A stretch of 59,106 nt of DNA from Candidatus Hydrogenedentales bacterium (GTDB lineage: Bacteria; Hydrogenedentota; Hydrogenedentia; Hydrogenedentales; SLHB01): positions 1 through 59,106 of the forward strand of contig JBHELB010000051.1 of assembly GCA_041859045.1 (NCBI GenBank), written 5' to 3'. The position numbers and the translations under genes were made by a program. This document shows, one piece after another, positions 1-8,043 of this stretch. Numbering within the stretch: the first letter of the stretch is position 1; each line of letters starts with the position of its first letter. The notes beneath the pieces are model-generated. The model saw only the letters and a list, made by a program, of their open reading frames with translations. It was not told the DNA's origin and made no database searches.

Positions 1-140
1 GTAAGTAACCGCTGAACGCTCCCCGCAGGTCGCGGAGAGCACAGCAAACTGACCGGAGACGTTGATGGAACTGTTCGCCACAGACCTGGAAAGGCTGGCG
101 TTTCTACTGGAGGCCGATGCGGCGCTGACTCTCGATCCCG

Positions 141-809
141 ATGGGCGCAGGTATCCAACACTATGATCTGCCCTTGGGAAGAAATGTGCTCTGGGCTGGA
201 ACAATGAATCAGGACGAGACAACCAAATCCCTCTCAGACAAGGTCCTTGATCGAGGGATTGTAATCAACTTCCCCCGGCCGACCACCCTTGAAAGACGCC
301 GTCAGCTGAAACCGTTGGGCGATCAAGCTCCTCTGCTGTCTCGTAAACTGTGGGAGAGTTGGTGGTGCAGAGAAAGCAAATTCAACGACGATCAGATTTT
401 GCCGTTCAAGGGTTTCATCGAAGACATGAACACCTCGCTGTCCAAGGTTGGCAGAGCTCTGGGGCACAGGGTGTGGCAATCCATCGAATACTACATGTCC
501 AATTATCCTGATGTGCTGGAAGCTCAGAGAAACAACGATGACGCAAGCTTGGTCAAAGCGATGAAAGTCGCATTTGAAGACCAGCTTGTTCAGAAGGTTA
601 TGCCTAAGCTGCGTGGTATTGAAACCCGAGGCAAATCCAAATCGGACTGCCTTGATAAAATTCGAACTCAGCTGGTGAATGACAACTATACAATAATCGA
701 TGACTTTGATCTGGCTTGTGAGTTTGGTTACGGTCAGTTCATCTGGAACAGTGCCAATTACTTAAAAGATGATGAGGCTGTGAACGGTCAGGAAAATGCG
801 GAGAACTGA
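141..809 (+). CDS. AAA+ ATPase C-terminal region (McrB/MoxR-like sensor-1 and arginine-finger segment); likely 5'-truncated or frameshifted copy
   Basis: 222-aa ORF. The motif 'NVLWAGTMNQDETTKSLSDKVLDRGIVINF' resembles the McrB 'IIGTMN...D.AL.RRF' sensor-1/Arg-finger segment. All three forward frames in nt 1-140 contain stops, so no Walker A/B is encoded in-frame upstream. The stop TGA at 807-809 lies 3 nt before the ATG of the next gene. Confidence 0.5.
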   Translation: MGAGIQHYDLPLGRNVLWAGTMNQDETTKSLSDKVLDRGIVINFPRPTTLERRRQLKPLGDQAPLLSRKLWESWWCRESKFNDDQILPFKGFIEDMNTSLSKVGRALGHRVWQSIEYYMSNYPDVLEAQRNNDDASLVKAMKVAFEDQLVQKVMPKLRGIETRGKSKSDCLDKIRTQLVNDNYTIIDDFDLACEFGYGQFIWNSANYLKDDEAVNGQENAEN

Positions 810-812
810 TAG

Positions 813-3800
813 ATGGCGGAACCGCAGAAATATAAGCTAACAGCCAGACAGAAACGCATGCTGTCCGATTACCATCAACGTCAGCATGCAACTGCCCAGA
901 CTGTTGAACCATCCATCGGAGCTATTGATTCTGTCGAGTCTATTTACAAGGCATTAAACGGCAGGGATGAGATAAAGGCCAAGGCGCTTTTGATGCTGAT
1001 GCTGCGCAGCTGGCTGACGGAAGTATCGAGCTTCGACCCTGTTTCCGGGCATGCCCTACATACCGGCATTGTCGATTTCTTGGATGATGTGGCGAAATCG
1101 TTGCAGGATGCGTCACCTGAGGGTGAGATAAAAGACCGTATCTATCGAATTGTATCGCACACGAAGGAAGCTGTTCTGGCAATTATGGAGCATACTCGGG
1201 ATAAGATATTACGAGAGCATGCCATGCTGCCAATACATGCGGCAAGAGAGGTTGACAGCAACAGTGTTCAATGGCTCAGCCGTCAGCCGGGAAGAACACT
1301 CCGCGAGAAGCTTTCCGGTAAACCTTATATGAAGGCTGTCAGGCGGAGACCCAGTGTTGATACGGCAGAAAACCGACTATTAAGAGCTTTTCTATTCCGG
1401 CTGGAGCAGATTCTGATTGAAAGACAGAATGTTTTGTCTGCAGCGACAGAAGAGACCTGTGAGGAACTGCTTGTTTCCCTCCAACGCTGGCTTAGAACTG
1501 AAGATGCCGCTGAAATTGGCAATTGGGGCAATCTTCCGCCCAACAACACGCTTCTTCAGGATAAGCGTTATCGAAAAGTCTGGGATGGTTGGCTCTGGCT
1601 CCAAGCTATCGATGAGCAGATCACATGGGATAGCAAAAGAGTCCATAGGGATATCCTCAGTGTTATTTATTGGAATACGCTTTCCTTGCTCAACCATAGT
1701 GGTCGCTTTCGGACAGTTCAGCAACCGGTCGGTCTCGACTATGATAATTTTTCTATAGCCCCAGAATTACCCGTCCGAGGATATTTGTTTCCTGCGTGCG
1801 ACGCAAAGATCAGGGGGAAGATTAAGTTCATAAAACCCGATAAGTCATTCGGGTTTATCACTTCTGATGATGGAAGAGACCTGTATTTCAATCCATACAA
1901 TCTATCCCAAAAATTAGACATTAATTCACTATCGGCTGGAGATGAAGTTTCTTTTGTTATCGGCAGCAACCGACAGGGCGAATGTGCTGACGACATAACC
2001 CTTCCAGCAGGAATCATCCCTGTCGATTTCAATTTGACGGGGGATAAATGGAAGATACAAGTCGGTGAGGATAAGTATTTATTACAAATCGTTTCCGGGA
2101 AACTTGTTATTGAGCAAGCTCAGGGCGCAAAAAAGAAATTAAAAATAGAGCCAACAACTCTCAAAGAGATACCGAAGGCGATACTGTCATTAGTCACGGA
2201 TGCTCCGTTTGAATACTCTGCGCCAACAAATAATCAAAGTGGTCCAATACGGATGGATAGCTCTGTTGTTGACCTGTGTTCTATCCGTCCGACCTTCACG
2301 AATAATACAGGCTCTCAGGCGCACCTGCCGTTCAGGTTGCTTCAGCAGCACTGGCCTTTAAATATTAATGGAGGGGTGGTAATAGACTGCGGTTACGCAA
2401 AATCAATCGCCCTGCATTCCGATATTGAAACGGTCAGCATGAGGAGCCTCTTTTCACATAGCTCAACACTACCAGATGCCACCAAAAGCAGTGCATCGAT
2501 GTTTTTTACTAAAAAGTTGAGTGACTATATCAAGGCAGACAAGCTGACCTATCTTGTCCCTGATTGGGGCAATGACTTCGATCTGGAGGGAATAAGAAAA
2601 AGCGTCAATTTTTATTTTGATGAATCGACACCGCTTCCCAAAAGCATAGCTGCTATCTTTGCATGGCAATCATCGAAGAAATTTGTACAGGACAGAGTCC
2701 GAGAGAATGATTTTGTGCTGGTGGTTGATTCATTTGACGGCGGCATTTCAATAACCCCAGTTCAGGCAATATACCAAAAAGAGCTGGACGAAATATTGCC
2801 TGAGACACAAGGAATGAGCTGGGAAAGACATCCTACGGTTATTGTGCCAAACAGAGGCATTCATGCTGCCATGGCCCGCAATCTTGACCGTAATGGCTGC
2901 CAGACATCTGAAGAACTCCTCCATTTGTTCGGCTTCGATGGTTTAGCCAGTGATTCCGGTGAGGTGTCCTTTGTGAAGGAGGATCACTGGTATCACTTAC
3001 CAGGTTCTATTCGGGAGGCTCTGACTCAGGATTTAGATCTCAACATATTATCAAACTACGCTATCTGTGACTGCCTGAACTCTACAAACAGGGATTGTCG
3101 TGGAGTTGGTGTCTTTATCCTGCCTCTTGAGGATACAATCAGGAAACCTGATGATGTGCGAAAGGATTACAAGTGGCTGGGGTCTGCATGGTCACCAATA
3201 AAAGGCTGCCAGACTTTAAACAGATGGCAGGAGGAAGTTGGTGACATTGCCCTTTGGCGTGATCATCTGCCTGAGCTGTCGATCAGAATTGTACGTGATG
3301 GGCACTTTGAAAATTTCTATCTGGTAAAAGATGCGACAGTAACACCGAAACGTGGCAGAACTGTGAATATACCAGTAGAAGAGTCATTTACTCTTCCAGC
3401 CGGACAAACGTATTACAGTTTTCCTCTGCAGCAGGGAGAAGGCAATAAAGAACTGCAGTTTGTTGCATACCTGAAGTCGCCAGCCTTCCCTTTAAAAAAG
3501 GCCACGGATTGCAAGCTGAAGATGACCTATACCTATGGAGCTGACGATCCATACGAACTGAAATTCATTCCGTTGGATTCTGCGGAAGCAGGTTTCAAAT
3601 CTATTCGGGTTGAATGGCGCTCTGCATCAGATAGCGAAGCTGCTGATCTTGAAAACTTGCCGGTTCCAGATTTCCCTGCCCGTAAAAGCTGGTCCGATTT
3701 TCAAAAATTTCCGAAAGAAGACGGCAAGAGCTTCTCTGACCTTCTGGACTGGGTTGAACGGGACATGAAAAAGATTTCTGATATTGCACATTATGGCCGT

Positions 3801-4850
3801 GTCTCGGGAACTATCCCCAAGTGGATTGATAAAGGAAACAGCAATGTATTCTGTTTCATTGACGACGTGTTTATACACAAGTCATCGTTACGTTTAAGTT
3901 CTGAGCAGGAGTTACCTCGACCCGGAGACAGCCTTTCGTTCTATAAAACAGAAGGTGATCACGGAAAATTTTCCGCAGAGGATGTTGTAATTGGAAACTC
4001 TCAGCCGACTCGTTGTTTTTTGGCTAGTAGCCTCCGATTTCCTGCATTAACCATCTGGAATCATGGCCACTCCCTTTCAGAGTCAGATGTGCCTGACCAT
4101 TTTAGAAACGCGATATTCGAAGGTACACAAAAGATCATTTCAATAATTGAGTCAGAAAATATGCCGGACACCCTTAAAGAGGAGCTTTTCTTCTTTCTGT
4201 GCTGTCTACATAAGGATGCCCCGGGGATTGTTGGTTCCAGGCTCCTTTATGCCGTGAAGGATAAAAAGCTTTTGCTGAGATACTACAAGAATATTGCTTT
4301 CGCCATCGGTAATGCCGAACTGCCATACCAACAAGAGCTGTTGGAGAATGTCATCGACCCCATTGATAATGAGGGCCTAACCAGATCCATTACTATGGAG
4401 GTTTTGTCGATAGCCCTTTGGCGTTCCAAAACACTGATCAACAAATTGACTAAAGAGGAGCTCGGAGCTTTATCCAGGAACTTATATGGCTGCCTTGAGT
4501 TCGACCTCCAGAAGGTTGTCAATGATGGGAAAGGATATCAGATAGCAACTCTCTGTAAGCACTTGGAGCTTCTTCTTGCTTTGCTGAGAAGCCGAGGGAT
4601 TGAGGGCGAAGAGTTCAAAATGATTTTCGCCCCGGATAATGATCTGACCAAAAAATATGTGACCTTGGTAGATGATGTTTCCAGAATAGTGATCGATAGT
4701 GACATCGAGCTGAAGTCCCGAATCAGCCTTCAAATTGAAAAGCCGGAAATGTTCCACAACACACCTGACCTGCTATACGCATTGCGGATGTACCTAACGG
4801 GTGACTCTGGAGCTAATGCAATCTCGATTTCAGGGGTAAGTGATGAATAA
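813..4850 (+). CDS. 1345-aa multidomain protein with two cold-shock (CSD/OB-fold) nucleic-acid-binding domains; partner of the AAA+ gene (McrC position); function unknown
   Basis: Long uninterrupted ORF in an AT-richer region. CSD 1 is 'GKIKFIKPDKSFGFITSDDGRDLYF...GDEVSFVIGSNRQGECADDI', a CspA-like RNP1 'KSFGFI'. CSD 2 is 'GTIPKWIDKGNSNVFCFIDDVFIHKSSL...GDSLSFYKTEGDHGKFSAEDVVI'. I could not assign the remaining ~1200 aa to any family. Confidence 0.8.
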   Translation: MAEPQKYKLTARQKRMLSDYHQRQHATAQTVEPSIGAIDSVESIYKALNGRDEIKAKALLMLMLRSWLTEVSSFDPVSGHALHTGIVDFLDDVAKSLQDASPEGEIKDRIYRIVSHTKEAVLAIMEHTRDKILREHAMLPIHAAREVDSNSVQWLSRQPGRTLREKLSGKPYMKAVRRRPSVDTAENRLLRAFLFRLEQILIERQNVLSAATEETCEELLVSLQRWLRTEDAAEIGNWGNLPPNNTLLQDKRYRKVWDGWLWLQAIDEQITWDSKRVHRDILSVIYWNTLSLLNHSGRFRTVQQPVGLDYDNFSIAPELPVRGYLFPACDAKIRGKIKFIKPDKSFGFITSDDGRDLYFNPYNLSQKLDINSLSAGDEVSFVIGSNRQGECADDITLPAGIIPVDFNLTGDKWKIQVGEDKYLLQIVSGKLVIEQAQGAKKKLKIEPTTLKEIPKAILSLVTDAPFEYSAPTNNQSGPIRMDSSVVDLCSIRPTFTNNTGSQAHLPFRLLQQHWPLNINGGVVIDCGYAKSIALHSDIETVSMRSLFSHSSTLPDATKSSASMFFTKKLSDYIKADKLTYLVPDWGNDFDLEGIRKSVNFYFDESTPLPKSIAAIFAWQSSKKFVQDRVRENDFVLVVDSFDGGISITPVQAIYQKELDEILPETQGMSWERHPTVIVPNRGIHAAMARNLDRNGCQTSEELLHLFGFDGLASDSGEVSFVKEDHWYHLPGSIREALTQDLDLNILSNYAICDCLNSTNRDCRGVGVFILPLEDTIRKPDDVRKDYKWLGSAWSPIKGCQTLNRWQEEVGDIALWRDHLPELSIRIVRDGHFENFYLVKDATVTPKRGRTVNIPVEESFTLPAGQTYYSFPLQQGEGNKELQFVAYLKSPAFPLKKATDCKLKMTYTYGADDPYELKFIPLDSAEAGFKSIRVEWRSASDSEAADLENLPVPDFPARKSWSDFQKFPKEDGKSFSDLLDWVERDMKKISDIAHYGRVSGTIPKWIDKGNSNVFCFIDDVFIHKSSLRLSSEQELPRPGDSLSFYKTEGDHGKFSAEDVVIGNSQPTRCFLASSLRFPALTIWNHGHSLSESDVPDHFRNAIFEGTQKIISIIESENMPDTLKEELFFFLCCLHKDAPGIVGSRLLYAVKDKKLLLRYYKNIAFAIGNAELPYQQELLENVIDPIDNEGLTRSITMEVLSIALWRSKTLINKLTKEELGALSRNLYGCLEFDLQKVVNDGKGYQIATLCKHLELLLALLRSRGIEGEEFKMIFAPDNDLTKKYVTLVDDVSRIVIDSDIELKSRISLQIEKPEMFHNTPDLLYALRMYLTGDSGANAISISGVSDE

Positions 4851-5100
4851 TCGGGAACCGAACCGGCGTCCGAAAACCGGATTCGAAGTTGTTGCGGCTG
4901 GACGCCGGGTATCCGGTTTTACTGCAAACCTGTCACCCTCGTCCGGTGCCGGGAAATCAGGGGAGAAATTCGTTTCTCTGGTCGGGTTGGCGGGAAGTGG
5001 TTGTGTGAGATGATTTCGGCGTTTATTATCAATGAGTTACGAGGAGCGCGGGCTCTGAGACTGATTTGCGGTAGGTCGTCGTTCCCTCCACCATTTCTCT

Positions 5101-5295
5101 TTTTCGTCAGGGAATTTTTCCCGGGCTGCCGATACGTCGTGAAACTCGATGGTAACTGGGGCCCAGTTTTCTGTTGAGCAATTCGAAGATGTCAAAAAGC
5201 GACTTTCACTCTTTCAGGTCGATCCTGATGGGATTCTCCGTAATGGGCTTGTACGCCTTCTCCTCTTCGGTCAGTTCTCTTTTTTCAGGCACCAT
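5101..5295 (-). pseudogene. Degraded third copy of the barstar-like immunity gene (premature TGA plus internal 66-nt deletion plus 3' truncation)
   Basis: The reverse complement reads 'MVPEKRELTEEEKAYKPITENPIRIDLKE*', where TGA replaces the TGG (Trp) of 'KEWKSLF' in the intact copies. The region 5201-5330 is near-identical to 6061-6154. The segment encoding the 'GENW.AIWD.AWGF' helix is missing (66 nt, in-frame) relative to copy 2. Confidence 0.6.
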
Positions 5296-5394
5296 GGACT
5301 CCTTTCAAACGAACTGGTTGCCATGCGATTTCCGTAAACATCCGGTAATGACGGCTCATGAAGAGGGATAAACCGGCGTTCGGGAACAGGAGCT

Positions 5395-5724
5395 TCAGTC
5401 GATCACCACATGCTCAATGCGGGGGCACTCTTTCTGGAGGCGTTCAAATACCTCCAACATGATTTTCACGTCCCTGGGGAATCTCTCCCGGGCTGCCAAT
5501 ACGCCATGAAACTCGATGGTAACTGGATTTTCGGAGAATCCCCAAGCCATGTCCCAGATCGCGTCCCAGTTCTCACCGCAGTCACCGGGGAGTCCCAGTT
5601 TTCTCTTGATCAATTCGAAGATATCAAAGCGCGATTGCCATTCTTTCAGATCGATCTCAATAGGATTCTCCGTGATTGGTTTGTAGGGCATCATTTCGTC
5701 GCTGAACTCGCTGTCCTCAGTCAT
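5395..5724 (-). CDS. Barstar-like ribonuclease inhibitor (immunity protein), copy 2
   Basis: 109 aa. 'LGLPGDCGENWDAIWDMAWGF' matches barstar '[21 protein letters not shown]', the barnase-binding helix with the conserved Asp. It is a paralog of copy 1. Confidence 0.85.
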   Translation of the reverse strand: MTEDSEFSDEMMPYKPITENPIEIDLKEWQSRFDIFELIKRKLGLPGDCGENWDAIWDMAWGFSENPVTIEFHGVLAARERFPRDVKIMLEVFERLQKECPRIEHVVID

Positions 5725-5821
5725 GGCGTCTCTCTCCCGCTCACTTATGGTCCGATTTCCGTGAACATCCGATAATGACGGCTCATGAAGAGCAACAAAC
5801 CGGCGTTTGGGAACGGGGGTG

Positions 5822-6154
5822 TCAGTCGATCACCACATGCTCAATCCAGGGGCACTCTCTCTGGAGGCGCCCAAATACCTTCAACATGATCTCCACATCC
5901 TCGGGAAATTTCTCCCGGGCTACCGATACGCCATAGAACTCAATTAGAACAGGGTCGGGACTGAATCCCCAGGCCAGGTCCCAAATCGCGTTCCAGTTCT
6001 CACCACAGAAATCGGGTAAACCCAACTTCCTCTTGAGCAACCCGAAGATGTCAAAAAGCGACTTCCACTCTTTCAGGTCGATCCTGATGGGATTCTCCGC
6101 AATGGGCTTGTACGCCTTCTCCTCTTCGGTCAGTTCTCTTTTTTCAGGCATCAT
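5822..6154 (-). CDS. Barstar-like ribonuclease inhibitor (immunity protein), copy 1, immediately downstream of the toxin
   Basis: 110 aa containing 'CGENWNAIWDLAWGF'. It lies 22 nt downstream of the barnase-like toxin gene on the same strand. Confidence 0.85.
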   Translation of the reverse strand: MMPEKRELTEEEKAYKPIAENPIRIDLKEWKSLFDIFGLLKRKLGLPDFCGENWNAIWDLAWGFSPDPVLIEFYGVSVAREKFPEDVEIMLKVFGRLQRECPWIEHVVID

Positions 6155-6176
6155 GGACTCCTTTTAAACGAACTGG

Positions 6177-6809
6177 TTATAGCCCGATTTCTGTAAATGT
6201 CAGGTAATGGTCATCCGTGAAGAAGACCAACCCATCGTTTGAAAACAGAATCCTCTTCTCGTTTCGATAGCCATCAGTATAATCGACATCCGCCTCATAC
6301 CACACTCGTCCAGGCGCATCAGGCAGTTTTCCTTTATCGTTATCGAAGACATCCCCGCCAATCATACGCGCGGGCAGAACCTCAGCCAGATTCCCTTTTT
6401 TTGAATCCCAGCCCAATCTCCTGGCTTCTTCCTTCGAGATGTAGTACTCGGGGAGTTCGCCATGGACCAGCAGCCAGTAGTCCGCGCCCTCTTCGCCTTT
6501 GTCGGTAGCATGTCCCGCCTGAATAAACGACAACGCCTCGAGTGTGCAACGGCAATTCGGGTGCAATGGCGGCCCGTCCGGTGGGTTCTCGTTCACGGCG
6601 TATATCGTGCCGTGACGCTCCCGGCACGCGGCGCAAGTTGCAGGCCCTAACCTGGCGCACCAGTTCTTCCAGCGCGTACTTTCTCGGGTGGGGCCGCCCG
6701 TTTTTGCACTTCGATCATAGGCTAGAACGATTTGTATCGCTCTCCCCAGACGAATGAGACTGACTCTTCCAGCCGTATCGACTCCACCACTTCCCGTCAA
6801 TTGCGCCAT
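6177..6809 (-). CDS. Polymorphic toxin: N-terminal phage MuF-like region (HPNCRC motif) fused to a barnase-family ribonuclease domain
   Basis: The C-terminal ~110 aa align to barnase. 'YISKEEARRLGWDSKKGNLAEVLPARMIGGDVFDNDKGKLP' matches 'YITKSEAQALGWVASKGNLADVAPGKSIGGDIFSNREGKLP'. 'YEADVDYTDGYRNEKRILFSNDGLVFFTDDHYLTFTEI' matches 'READINYTSGFRNSDRILYSSDWLIYKTTDHYQTFTKI'. Equivalents of the catalytic K27, E73, R83, R87 and H102 are present. The N-terminal part has 'CAACRERHG...PPLHPNCRC'. Confidence 0.85.
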   Translation of the reverse strand: MAQLTGSGGVDTAGRVSLIRLGRAIQIVLAYDRSAKTGGPTRESTRWKNWCARLGPATCAACRERHGTIYAVNENPPDGPPLHPNCRCTLEALSFIQAGHATDKGEEGADYWLLVHGELPEYYISKEEARRLGWDSKKGNLAEVLPARMIGGDVFDNDKGKLPDAPGRVWYEADVDYTDGYRNEKRILFSNDGLVFFTDDHYLTFTEIGL

Positions 6810-7336
6810 CTGCCGGCCTTCTCCTTCTGTGCAACCTGCGCGCCACGACCGCGACGCCGTTGCATTTGTCAGGGGTATCCAATGCGCCCCTATAGACTGT
6901 GTTACCGCGTTTCACTCTCAGGGGTGTGCACTGCGAAAACCACTGCCTCAAAGGGAAGAGGGAATCCACGTCAATTTTGCTTCCTCTCATGCTGAGGGTG
7001 AGAAGCTTGTGGCGTGTTTGTAAGTGCCTAATTTTCAATATGTTACTCTGATACCAGAGCAAAGATAGCCGCCCGCGTGAGAAATTCGGGCTCTCCACCA
7101 GTCGTAGTTCGATTGCGTGCAACGCAGAAGAGGCAGGAGGGCTTCAGATCGGCATGTGTTCTATGCTCATTTCCCAAACGCAAGCGCATACATCCAAGAT
7201 TGCGTCGGGACACACTGTGACCGCGATTCGTTTTGACGAAGATCAACGCGCGTCCGTTTTTGAGTGCTTCCTACAATCCGAATCCGGCCGCGCTTTTGTA
7301 GACAGGCATTTCCGAATGCGTCGATCATGAAGTGCG

Positions 7337-7885
7337 CTAGATCGGCGCTTCTTCGATCTCGGCAAACCGCGGGCGAAGGGCGCCTGCTTCGATGGTCGTA
7401 TGCCGCTCGTGAGGAAGCACGTTGCGTGACCCGAGCAAGACCTCATGGTGGTTCACTTCGCGCAGAAACACCCACACGCAGCGGCCGTCGCTCTTGCTGG
7501 TCACCACGGGACGCAAATGGCGGCGCATATGCTGTCGGCCCGCGTGCGGGGTCACATGAAATTGGTGCTCCGTGCTGTTCACGAATCCCACAATCCCATA
7601 CGGCCGCTTGGGAGTGTAATCCACCGCCGCCCCGGGAAAGGTCTGACATAATTTGTAGAGTTCCGCGGAGAGATTTCGCGTCGAGCAGACCGTGCTGCGA
7701 TAACGCCCGTGCGCGGGGTCGCACACCACTATCTCGACTATTGCGTCGGGAAAATCTTGGTACAACCCTTCGGCCAGATAGGAGGCTGCCCGGTGGATGT
7801 CTTCGAATTCGGCATGCATGGCTCTGTCCTCGTGGCCATCCGCATCCGTGACGCGTCTCTCTTGCTCGCCGCTAAATTCTACCAC
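7337..7885 (-). CDS. Hypothetical protein (182 aa), same strand and upstream of the toxin gene
   Basis: ORF in a GC-rich region with no recognisable motif. It is retained only because it sits in an otherwise gene-free stretch, co-oriented with the toxin. Confidence 0.3.
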   Translation of the reverse strand: MVEFSGEQERRVTDADGHEDRAMHAEFEDIHRAASYLAEGLYQDFPDAIVEIVVCDPAHGRYRSTVCSTRNLSAELYKLCQTFPGAAVDYTPKRPYGIVGFVNSTEHQFHVTPHAGRQHMRRHLRPVVTSKSDGRCVWVFLREVNHHEVLLGSRNVLPHERHTTIEAGALRPRFAEIEEAPI

Positions 7886-8043
7886 CCTATCGCGAAAACA
7901 CGCAAGACAATAATTTGTGGAAATAATGGCAAAACAGGGGTTGCAATTTTATGCCCTGTGTGCTATGGTCTCTATGACATCTAGGTGTTGGATGTAACTC
8001 ATACAACCGGATTTCACAGTGGCGCGCTGAAAGAAAGCGCTAA

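Noticed and set aside
65-163. Short frame-2 ORF 'MELFATDLERLAFLLEADAALTLDPDGRRYPTL' upstream of and overlapping the AAA+ fragment, as an independent gene
   Set aside because: It is too short, overlaps the start of the 222-aa ORF, and has no RBS. It is better explained as displaced coding sequence of the degraded ATPase gene (see findings).
4851-4935. Possible terminator 'gacgccgggtatccggtttt' after the giant gene
   Set aside because: It has only a 4-bp palindromic stem (ccgg/ccgg), which is too weak to call. It is mentioned only as the convergent junction between the island and the toxin array.
6715-7122. 135-aa - strand ORF overlapping the toxin start, as a separate gene
   Set aside because: It is out of frame with, and overlapping, the toxin N-terminus. 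It has no recognisable motif apart from a loose 'RVKRG' stretch. It was kept only as a possible frameshifted remnant, not as a feature.
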